Shown one piece after another: positions 22,032 through 31,196 of a stretch of 64,000 nucleotides of DNA (position 1 is its first letter; the number at the start of each line of letters is the position of its first letter). The notes below the pieces were generated by a model. It was not told the DNA's origin and did no database searches. It saw only the letters and a list, made by a program, of their open reading frames with translations. The DNA is from Thecamonas trahens ATCC 50062 (lineage: Eukaryota > Protista > Apusomonadida). A program made the translations under genes and the position numbers. The stretch covers positions 1 through 64,000 of the forward strand of contig NW_013657635.1 of NCBI RefSeq assembly GCF_000142905.1, given 5' to 3'.

Positions 22032-23501
22032 CTATGAGGAGTACTCAGAGCCCGAGTCCGAGTCTGAGCCCGACGAGCTGCTGCTGCTGCTGCTGCAGCT
22101 GCTGCTGCTCCTGTCGCTCCCGGTGGTGGTGCTGCCGGCAGAGCGGTCAAAGTCGTCCGAGTCGATGCCAACCTCTGTGGCCCAAAAGTCGTCGCCCTCA
22201 TCTGAGCCGATCCAGCTGCAGACAATGTCGCGTGTGGCGGCGATCTTGGCCTGGACAACCGAGTCGCGCTTGGCACGAGCGCGGACGGCGGGGACGTCGG
22301 ACATGAGGGCGCCGAAGAAAACAGCCTTGTCCTCAAAGACCGAAGTAGTCCCGTAGCCCATGAGGAAGCCACGAGGCGCTTTGTCGAGGTCGAACATGTC
22401 GCCACGAAACCGGGCTTGGCCGTAGCGGAACTTGCTCGGATTGAGCTGCTCCCACTCGGGATCGTCCCAGCCGGCGGCGTCGTCGACGGCGTCGACGAGG
22501 TGAAAGAGCTCGTGATGGATGGCGTGCTCAAGGTCGTCCTTGTTTGAGCCAGCATTGAAGAACATGGTCTTGATGGCTGGAACCGCCACGCCGTGGAAGC
22601 CCTGCGAGCCGGCGACTGCCAGCTTGTCCACAATCACGCAGTGCTTCATGACCTCTTCGTCACTCGAGCCAAAGAAAAAGTCGCTAGGGTACCGGGTGTA
22701 CTCGGTGTACAGATACCGACACAGCTGCTCCTGCTTGTCCGGACGCGCCGGGAGGCCCGAGAAGAAGCCGGTCCGCAGCAACTGCGCGGGCATGCCAAAG
22801 TGAACCTGGAAGCCAAGCTCATCCGCGAGGATGAGAAACTTGCGCACAAAGGTGGTATGGCCGATGTCCGGCGCCACAAACGCCGCTGGCGACGGTCCGC
22901 CCGACTCACTCGCCTCCCCCTCCCCATTGCCATCGCCATTCTTGACGCCCTTCCGCGGCGGATGATGCGGCTCGCACTTGCCCTTCTTCAGCTCCTTACA
23001 TGCCTTTTCTAGCAATCTCTCCGGGAAGATCTTCTCGAACGACTTGCCCGACTTGCCCGACTTGCCCGACTTGCCCGACTTGCCCGACTTGCCCAACTTG
23101 CCCTTGCTTGCCGACTTGCCCGACTTGCCCAACTTGCCCTTGCTTGCCGACTTGCCCGACTTGCCCGACTTGCCCTTGCTTGCCGACTTGCCCGACTTGC
23201 CCGACTTGCCCGACTTGAACGCCTTCCCCTTGCTCATCGATTTGATCGCCTTCCCCTTCCCCTTCCCCTTTCCCCTGCCCTTCCCCTTGCCCACAGCCTT
23301 CCGCCGCTCCGACTCCTTCACAGCCATTTCCGCCACCTTGGCATTCCACAGGCTATCCGCCTCGGCCGCCACCGAGCTCGAGCCAGAGTCGCCAGACGGC
23401 GTCGCCGAGTCTGAGCTCACACTACCGCCACCGTCATTGCTGCTGCTGCTGCTGCTGCTGCTGTTGCTGCTGTTGCTGCAAGTACTGCTCGACATGGCCA
23501 T
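22032..23501 (-). CDS. Putative zincin metallopeptidase with N-terminal (GKS)n/(KG)n repeats
   Basis: HHELFH (HExxH) followed by GFLMGYGTTSVFEDKA. Start placed at the first ATG downstream of the neighbouring gene. Confidence 0.7.
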   Translation of the reverse strand: MAMSSSTCSNSSNSSSSSSSSNDGGGSVSSDSATPSGDSGSSSVAAEADSLWNAKVAEMAVKESERRKAVGKGKGRGKGKGKGKAIKSMSKGKAFKSGKSGKSGKSASKGKSGKSGKSASKGKLGKSGKSASKGKLGKSGKSGKSGKSGKSGKSFEKIFPERLLEKACKELKKGKCEPHHPPRKGVKNGDGNGEGEASESGGPSPAAFVAPDIGHTTFVRKFLILADELGFQVHFGMPAQLLRTGFFSGLPARPDKQEQLCRYLYTEYTRYPSDFFFGSSDEEVMKHCVIVDKLAVAGSQGFHGVAVPAIKTMFFNAGSNKDDLEHAIHHELFHLVDAVDDAAGWDDPEWEQLNPSKFRYGQARFRGDMFDLDKAPRGFLMGYGTTSVFEDKAVFFGALMSDVPAVRARAKRDSVVQAKIAATRDIVCSWIGSDEGDDFWATEVGIDSDDFDRSAGSTTTGSDRSSSSCSSSSSSSSGSDSDSGSEYSS

Positions 23502-23676
23502 GTGCACAACAGCTCCTTCCTCGCCTTGTCGAGTGCGGTAGCTAGAGCTGAACGTGCACCGCCAGGTGCTCGGAATCGCCGCGTGGGTTCGACAGGCCTG
23601 CCGAGCCCCGGCGGCGTCAGGCTCGGCGATGCAACGGGATGGGAGGATGTGCCATTGGCGGAGATGTTCACGGTGT

Positions 23677-26214
23677 TCACTTAGGCGGCGGGAAGAGCTC
23701 GGCCGGCTTGATGACTTCTGGGGCAAGATCGGCAAAGTTGGCGAGGAGACGCGAGGCGGCCTCGATCTCCCACGGCGAGGGGACCGTAGACTCGCGGACC
23801 CACGGCATCGAGGCCATGTACGAGACAAAGGCCGAGTTCTCAGCCAGCTTGCGGGCGAGCTCGTCCGACGAGAGCGCGGCCGAGTGGACAAACTTGTTGC
23901 CGTCGGCGGCGGCGTCGCCGCTCCGCAGCGCGTCGACAAACGACGTGTCAAAGCCGAGGTTACCAAGGGCGGCGAGGTCGTCGAGGGCGGCGTCGAGGGT
24001 CCTGGCCTTCTTGGCCGGCGGCGGAGCGAGGTCGTCGCCGCCAGCCTCAGGCGCGCGCGCCCGCTTGTTGGTCACCATGTCGGTGACAGCTGCCTCGAGC
24101 CGTGCCAGACCGCCCGGCGCGACCGGACCCGGCGCGATGACGCTGACCGAGTCGGAGGCGCCGAGTGAGGCGTGGGTCGAGTCGTACGTCGGGCCGAGCG
24201 AGGTGGCCTCGGCGTGGAACATGACCGGCGTGTCGTAGATGGCGACCGGCGGGGTCGAGACGGTCCGCGACGTGACGTAGTGGGTGGCCGGGCGCGGATG
24301 AAGCGAGTTCGGCTCGACAATCGGGAGGCGGGCGCGGCCGTCGGCGGCGGCCTTGGCCGCGGCCGCCCGCGCCGCCTGTGCCGCCGGGTTGCTCGGGTGA
24401 GTGACAGCGAGGAGGGCGTTGATGACGCGGCGCTCGTGGTTACGGCGGGTCCGGGCAGCATGGTTTGACGACCGTGACGGCGGCGCGGGGGCAACCGAGC
24501 CCGAGCTTGCAGACGCCCGGTTGCGCTTGCGGTACGGGCCGCGCGGCTTGCGCTGGTGGCGGTTGAAGTACTTGATGCGGCCACCCAGGTTGTTACGGGT
24601 GTCGATGACCGAGAGGCGGGCGCCAAAGTCGACGACGTCGACGGTGCCAAGCCAGCGGTACGAGGTGTTGGACGCGACCTTGGAGCCAATGGCATCGACA
24701 AAGCCGGCTTCGTCGAGCTCTGCCGTGGGGCAGATGAGCTCGCCAGCCTTGCTCACGCCAGTAATCTTGCCGGGCTCGAGGAACATGCGGTGGACGGCGG
24801 TGGCCTTGCGGATCTTCTCGTCGAGGCCGTCGGGCTTGGACGGCTGCTCGCCGTACGAAAGCGGGCCCTTGGGGATGTGCAGGATCGAGCCAGAGCGCGC
24901 GACCGACGCGGCCGCAGCCTTGGCCGCCGCAGCCTTGGCCTTGGCCTCGGCCTCCTTGTCGTCGGCCGGCGCCTTGGCCTTGACCTTGGCCTCGTGGGTG
25001 GGGCAGAAGAACACGCCGCCGTCCTCAAAGAACGCGGCGTCCTTGCCGGAGCACGGCAGATGGTACGAGCGTTGGCAGGTGGTGGTGGTGCAGCCGAGAG
25101 TGGCGCCCTTGCCGGACGGGCAGTCGCTGAGGGCACACTTGATGAACCTGCCGCGCGAGACAGCCTTGATGAGGTTGAACCAAGTATCCGACGGCTCGTC
25201 GTAGAGCGTCTCAGGCGCACCGAACCGCGCGCAGTTGAGGTGGACGTACAGGTACTTGGCCTTGCCCGGCGCCACAAACGGCGGGTTGAGGAACGGGCCA
25301 GTCACGTCAGTCTCGACCGTCAGCCGGCACAGTGCGCACTTGATGGGCTTGTTCGTGTCAAGCTCGCCAGTGTATCGCGCGTCGCCGCCATGCGCCGGCG
25401 CCAGCGCTGTGCCGCCGCCTCCGCCGCTTGCCGTGTTCCGGCCGCCGGCGCCGCCCGCCGGATCGCCGCCGTTGGCCTCGGCCTCGAGAATGGCGCGGAC
25501 GTCGTCGAGCTCGGCTTTGGTGAACTCGCCGTAGCGCGACTCGACCTCCCGGCGCCACATGACGAGCTCGTTCGAGAGGACGTCGATGTGGGGAATGGCA
25601 AGACGCATCTGTGCAAGGAGCAATGGCTTGGCCAGGCGAGCCTCCAGACGCAATGCAGCCTTGTGGTAGTAGCTCCCCTCCTCGTTGTACTTGATGCAGT
25701 TGGCCACAATGAGACGAAAGTCGAGCTCAAAGTGATGCAGCGAGGCGTACGAGCCCTTGACCAGCTTCTTCCGCATGGTAGAAAAGTCCATTGGCTTTGA
25801 AATAATCTCATCATAACGAGGAGCAAGAGCAGGATCGACCGGATGCCAGAACACACCATCACCATCGACCTTCATCATGGTCACCAGCAGCTCGCCGAGT
25901 ACCTTTGCCAACTTTGCCTTGCGGAGCTTCTTCCTCGCCTTTTTCTCGCTCACACTCCGACTGGCTGCATTACTTCCACCACTCTTTCCCCCACCAGAGC
26001 CTCCACTTCCACCCGAACCAGCAGCACCTGATGTGGATGACCTTGCATCACCATCATTCACATCCGAACGTGTCCCAGGTCCCACACCGGCCACAAAGCT
26101 CCTCCGTCCACGACGAAGCTCCACAGAGTCAAGCGAAGAAGCAGGTGAGTATGACTCATCACGGTGCATACGCTTGCGGGTACGGGATCCCTTAGAACCC
26201 GACGTCCGGCTCAT
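23677..26214 (-). CDS. BRD7/BRD9-like bromodomain protein with extended PHD finger; 5' exon may lie in the gap
   Basis: Bromodomain FWHPVDP..APRYDEIISKPMDFSTM..NCIKYN. ePHD CALC..HLNC..CALSDC..GATLGC..C..YHLPC..FCPTH. SLGPTYDSTHASL resembles the BRD7/9 DUF3512 motif. Acceptor-like CTAAT..CCCGTAG upstream of the ATG. Confidence 0.85.
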   Translation of the reverse strand: MSRTSGSKGSRTRKRMHRDESYSPASSLDSVELRRGRRSFVAGVGPGTRSDVNDGDARSSTSGAAGSGGSGGSGGGKSGGSNAASRSVSEKKARKKLRKAKLAKVLGELLVTMMKVDGDGVFWHPVDPALAPRYDEIISKPMDFSTMRKKLVKGSYASLHHFELDFRLIVANCIKYNEEGSYYHKAALRLEARLAKPLLLAQMRLAIPHIDVLSNELVMWRREVESRYGEFTKAELDDVRAILEAEANGGDPAGGAGGRNTASGGGGGTALAPAHGGDARYTGELDTNKPIKCALCRLTVETDVTGPFLNPPFVAPGKAKYLYVHLNCARFGAPETLYDEPSDTWFNLIKAVSRGRFIKCALSDCPSGKGATLGCTTTTCQRSYHLPCSGKDAAFFEDGGVFFCPTHEAKVKAKAPADDKEAEAKAKAAAAKAAAASVARSGSILHIPKGPLSYGEQPSKPDGLDEKIRKATAVHRMFLEPGKITGVSKAGELICPTAELDEAGFVDAIGSKVASNTSYRWLGTVDVVDFGARLSVIDTRNNLGGRIKYFNRHQRKPRGPYRKRNRASASSGSVAPAPPSRSSNHAARTRRNHERRVINALLAVTHPSNPAAQAARAAAAKAAADGRARLPIVEPNSLHPRPATHYVTSRTVSTPPVAIYDTPVMFHAEATSLGPTYDSTHASLGASDSVSVIAPGPVAPGGLARLEAAVTDMVTNKRARAPEAGGDDLAPPPAKKARTLDAALDDLAALGNLGFDTSFVDALRSGDAAADGNKFVHSAALSSDELARKLAENSAFVSYMASMPWVRESTVPSPWEIEAASRLLANFADLAPEVIKPAELFPPPK

Positions 26215-26447
26215 CCTCACAGAATTGCCTGTCTACGGGAGAGAGGAGTGGTTGTGGGTAGCTTGGAAGAGGGGGGGGGATTAGGTGGAAGCCAGGTGAA
26301 TATGGCGGAGATTATCGAGAGATATATGGAGGTGGTGGTGAGGGGGGGGAGGGGAATGGGAGAGGGAGGGGGTTAGTGTGTGGTGGGGGGGGGGGGGGGA
26401 TGGAGGTGGGCGAGTGGGGGTGGATGGGGCCTTGGCCTGCCCGTCCG

Positions 26448-26711
26448 NNNNNNNNNNNNNNNNNNNNNNNNNNNNNNNNNNNNNNNNNNNNNNNNNNNNN
26501 NNNNNNNNNNNNNNNNNNNNNNNNNNNNNNNNNNNNNNNNNNNNNNNNNNNNNNNNNNNNNNNNNNNNNNNNNNNNNNNNNNNNNNNNNNNNNNNNNNNN
26601 NNNNNNNNNNNNNNNNNNNNNNNNNNNNNNNNNNNNNNNNNNNNNNNNNNNNNNNNNNNNNNNNNNNNNNNNNNNNNNNNNNNNNNNNNNNNNNNNNNNN
26701 NNNNNNNNNNN
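26448..26711. other. Assembly gap
   Basis: Run of N. Confidence 1.
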
Positions 26712-26866
26712 GACTGTGTGGGCGATGGGGGTGATGGGCCTTGCCTGCCCCGCTCCCTCCCAGGGCTCCCAGCCTCCAATCATCCGTTGCTCGCCATCGA
26801 ATACCATTCGTCTCCTCCCCCTGTCCTCCTCCCCCCCTCCCCCCGCCCACCACCACCACCACCACC

Positions 26867-27365
26867 ATGGCCACCGGACCGACAACGGCCAAGCTGCCAC
26901 TTCTGGAAGCCGCCATTGAACGACGGAACATAGCCACACAGGAGAAGATGCATGAGGAGCGTATGGGTATGTGACGACTGCCTTGACACGCTGTCGGCTG
27001 TGAGCCGTCGGCTGCTGCGGCTGGCTTGGGCTTGGGTGGCTGTGGGAGGCGGTTGATGCTTGGGTGACGGGAGGTATACTCATGAGGGTGCTGATCATGG
27101 GGGGTTTTGTGTGGTTCTTTGGTGATGTTTATTTTTTATATGCCTTGTGGTGGTGTTCGGGGCGTAGAGAAACTGCACACCCTGCCTGACGTCAATCTGC
27201 AGGTGCAGGAGATGCGTGAGCACCTGGCTCAGTTGGAGGAACAGGCAGAGGTCCGTGCTCGAGAGGCAAAGCTGGCAAAACGGCGGAAGAAGGGAAAGAA
27301 GGGCGGAAGAAGGGAGGAAGGGCGGGAGATCAAAGAAGAGCTCAAAGGCTCGCCGCGGCAAGTGA
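26867..27365 (+). CDS. Small two-exon coiled-coil protein with Lys-rich tail; exons 26867-26966 and 27168-27365
   Basis: caccATGG start. Phase-1 intron GTATGT(26967)..TAG(27167) joins EERM-E-KLHTLP in frame. The tail KKGGKKGGKGGRSKKSSKARRGK needs two single-base restorations; otherwise the stop is at 27496. Confidence 0.6.
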
Positions 27366-27431
27366 TCGCCCACACACCGTCGTCACGTCATCCCCATCCC
27401 CACTACGAGTCTTCTTCCTTTATCTTTGCCT

Positions 27432-30412
27432 CTACCAACTGGCAACCTCGCCCTCGGCCTCGATCAGCATGTCGCCGAGCTCGCGTGACGACTTGACAAG
27501 GCCGCGGACCTCGAGCTTGAGCGACCGCCATGCATCGGGCGTCGCCGACGCGTTGCCGTCAATCGGCCGAGAGTGCGCCACAAGGCTGGAGAGCACGTCG
27601 CGCGTCTCGGAAAAGTCGATGTTGTGCTTCCGGAAGAGCGTTGCCAGCGGCTTAAAGTCCATCAACAGACACGTCAGTGACGGCACCAGCGAGAACCCGT
27701 CGTGATTGAGCACGCAATCGCAGAACATCCGCAGCGACGTCGAGAACTGCTGCAGCGCAGACTTGCAAGCCGACGAGCCACCGTCGTCAGCCACGCATCC
27801 TCTACCGCCATTCGCGGTGCTGGTCTCAACACTGCCGCCGCCGCCGCCGCCGATATTGCCGATGTTGCCGCCTTGGGCGTTGCCTTCCATGTCTGGACGC
27901 GTCCGACGCACCCGCGAGTCTGACACTGACCGCGTCCGCTGCTTGACATGCGACGGCAGACCAAGCGAGCCACCTCTGCCCGCCCCACTCCCGCCACCGC
28001 TGCTTCCGGAGCTCTCACTCGCGGCGCGAACCTTTGCATCAGCGCCGGCATCGGCTTCGACCTCGACCTCAGCTGCATCCCCAGCATCGGCCTCAGCCAC
28101 GTCCCGAGCATCGACCTCAGCCACGTCCTCGGCGACGTCCTCAGTCACGTCCCCGACCACGTCCTCAACCCCATCATCGGCCACGTCCTCAACCCCATCC
28201 TCGGCCACGTCCTCAACCTCGTCCTCCTCGTCCTCATCATCCTCATCGTCGTCGCTCAGGTCAAACGCCGGCTCAGACTCGGGATCCAGGAACGCTGCCG
28301 ATGAAAGTGACCGCGAGTGCTGGTGTGCAACAGGCGACGCCGGACTTGGCGAGCCCTTGGTCGCTGCTGCCGCGGTGATGGCGTGCGAGATCGGGGGTGC
28401 CATCGCCGCGCTCGACAGGTCGATTGAGTCCTGAATGAACCGCCGGATCAGCACAATCCACCGATGAAGCTCCTTCTCGTCGCCGGCCTGAATGAGATAC
28501 GTCCGGTCCGGCACCGTGATTTCAAACAAGAACGTTTTCGATGCGTCCGCGTACGACGCCTTGTTCACCGTCATCGAAGGCGAGATATGGATGAGCCCGG
28601 CCGCGTCCGAAACAGACTCCTTACCTCGCGGCGGCGCCTTCTTAAAGTACAGGATCGACCGCCCCTGCATGACAAAGAACCGCCGCTTCCATGACCGCAC
28701 ACGCGCGCCCTTCTTGCGGAGCCACCCACGGACCACAAGCCGCGACCCATACATGGTCTCCTCCACGCTCTCCACCTTGGTCTCCAGCACAGAAAACCTG
28801 TCGATGATCGTAGAGACCTTGGACGACGCCCGCGAGCCTCGGACTCGGACCTCATCGCCAGCGTCGCCTTCCACGCCCCCCTCGCCGCCAGCCCCGCTCC
28901 CGGTGCTATGTTGCGCAGCTCTCGCAGACCGCTGCATCCCGGCAGACGATTCAGAGACCGACCGCCGGACCTCGCCACGCGCCACAAGCGCTAGCCGTCC
29001 CGTGCCCTGCGCCGGCGCCGAGCCTACAGGCTCAGCCACGCCATCGCTGCCCTCCGCCGCCACCGACGGAGCTGCAGCCGGTGTCTCGTCGCCGCCACTC
29101 GCACCACCGACACGTCGCGGCTTGACAGTCACCTGCTTCCCGGCCGCCGCCATTGCGCGCCGCTGCCGCCGCCGCTGCCGCCGCAGCGCCTTCTCCTGCG
29201 CCAACGGCATGTTGAACATCGCCCGGAATAGATCGCCAAAGTACGGGTGGAACTTGACCGTCGGTGGCTGGACCGACGCCAGCTCCCACATTGGCGCCAT
29301 CCATACCTCGAGGTCATCGAGCGGCACCAGCGCCGCCACCACCGCGCTCAGCCCGCTCGCGCTCGCGCCGACGCCAAGCGGGTCGTGGTTGAGCGCAGCA
29401 ACCACGTCGTCGAGCGTCCGCCGCATCGACTGCAGCCGCATTTCTTCGGCAGAGTGGATGAGCTCCAGTGCCCGTGGCAAAACCATCTGCGTTTGCGAGC
29501 CCTGCACCATGTTAAACTCCGAGACCGTCCGCAGATACGCAGCCTCGGCTTGTGCCTTTTTCGCCTGCGACTTGCGCGCCCGCTCCGCCAGCTTGGCCCG
29601 CGCCTCGGTATTCTCCGCAGACGCCAGCGTGATCTCGTCGGTCTCGGCCGCCTCGGCCCGTGCGATGTACTCGACCCGCGCGGACTGCATCGCAGCCGTC
29701 GCCTCTGCCAGCGCCTTCATCGAGTCCTTCGTCAGTGCTTTCAGCTCCTTCACCACCTTGGTCACCGCTTTGCTCACATCCTTGGACTTGGTCAGTGCGT
29801 ATTTGACCTTGGCCGTTGTTCGCTCGGCATCGCGCGCGCGCAGCGCAAGGTGCTCCATCAGGCTCGCCTCTACCTCGCGCGCCGTCACAGCCGTCACAGC
29901 CGCTCTTGCTGCAGCATCATTCTTCGCCCCAGCTCTAGCCTCGGCCTCAGCCCCGGGCGGCAGCTGCGGCAGCTTTCGCCCACTACCCGCCTCAGCCGAC
30001 CCACTAGCAGACGCACTGGCCGCGCCCTTGGCCGACGCCGCAGGCATCGCCATCAGCGTCACACTCCGCGACGAGCCCTTGCGTTGGCGGGGAGGGCGTG
30101 CAGCGCCGGGTAGTCCGAGACCGCCATGCTGGCACGGATTGAGTTCCGTGAGACGAGATTGGTCTTGCGGAGCGAGGTCACAGCCTTGGGCAGCTCGATG
30201 GCCTCCAGATCCGTAGCGGCCGCGAGTTTGTTGGGCGCCTCAACGAGCTCGGCGACTTTGGCCAACGACTTTGCATGCGATGCAAAGGTGGTGACCAGGC
30301 GATGAAGCAGCTCATTCGCCGCCTTGCAGCCTTCAATGGCCAGGCCAGCACGTACTTCAATTCGCCTGTAGCCATCATTGAGAGCCTCCACAAGAGCCAA
30401 CGATCCCGACAT
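27432..30412 (-). CDS. F-BAR-like + PH domain protein with acidic repeats (frame break at about 30115)
   Basis: FCH-like start DGYRRIEVR..HAKSLAKV; helical BAR-like region LPRALELIHSAEEMRL; PH domain GWLRKKGARVRSWKRRFFVM..RTYLIQA..WI. Confidence 0.8.
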
Positions 30413-30910
30413 GATGGAATTGAAGAGGCACAACTTTTTGCCACTTGATGAGAGCCTTTTGCCGGCACGTCACGCGCAGCCACAGCCACCAGCCACAAAC
30501 GCCGCCTTGCCCTACAGCACTGACAAGGAACACTACCGTGCCACAAAGTCAACACAAGTATGGAACACTATGTAGTCTACCACTCTACAATGTGTATTGT
30601 CTGTGGTAGCTATATACCCCTCGCTTTAGCCTCTTGTTGGACTAGCAATCCAAGCTCCTCAAGCCCCAATCCCGTGTCAGGTGTTCCGCCTTGAATCCGC
30701 CCGTTGCCAGGCCGAACGATACACGACACGTGATGATCGATACAAGGTAACACAAAAATTATTGCTCGTCCCGCTCTCGGCACTGCACACCGCGAGCAAC
30801 GACTCGTCCATCTCTATTCGGTACAGACGGAGGAGGAGGAGGGGGGGGGAGGATTGGGGGGGGGGGGGGGGGAGACGGATTTGTTTTTCTCCGCTGGCGC
30901 GCTTTATATC

Positions 30911-31179
30911 TTTGCCGACATCGTCACCGGCCGGCAAGAAACCTTGCGCTCGCGCGCTTGACCTCTTTGCCGACATCGTCACCGGCCGGCAAGAAACCTT
31001 GCGCTCGCGCGCTTGACCTCTTTGCCGACATCGTCACCGGCCGGCAAGAAACCTTGCGCTCGCGCGCTTGACCTCTTTGCCGACATCGTCACCGGCCGGC
31101 AAGAAACCTTGCGCTCGCGCGCTTGACCTCTTTGCCGACATCGTCACCGGCCAGCAAGAAACCTTGCGCTCGCGCGCTT
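30911..31179. repeat. Tandem array of about 4.9 x 55-bp units
   Basis: Unit tttgccgacatcgtcaccggccggcaagaaaccttgcgctcgcgcgcttgacctc starting at 30911, 30966, 31021, 31076 and 31131. Confidence 0.95.
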
Positions 31180-31196
31180 CTCTCTTGCTGAAATCT

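Noticed and set aside
23502-23966. Apparent 290-bp same-strand overlap of the zincin ORF with the bromodomain gene
   Set aside because: The extension begins at a non-ATG codon and reads as a shadow frame; ATG 23501 is more plausible.
30911-31179. CRISPR array, or coding extension of ORF 31034-34183
   Set aside because: Units are contiguous with no spacers. The ORF runs into the array only because of the frame break at about 31350.
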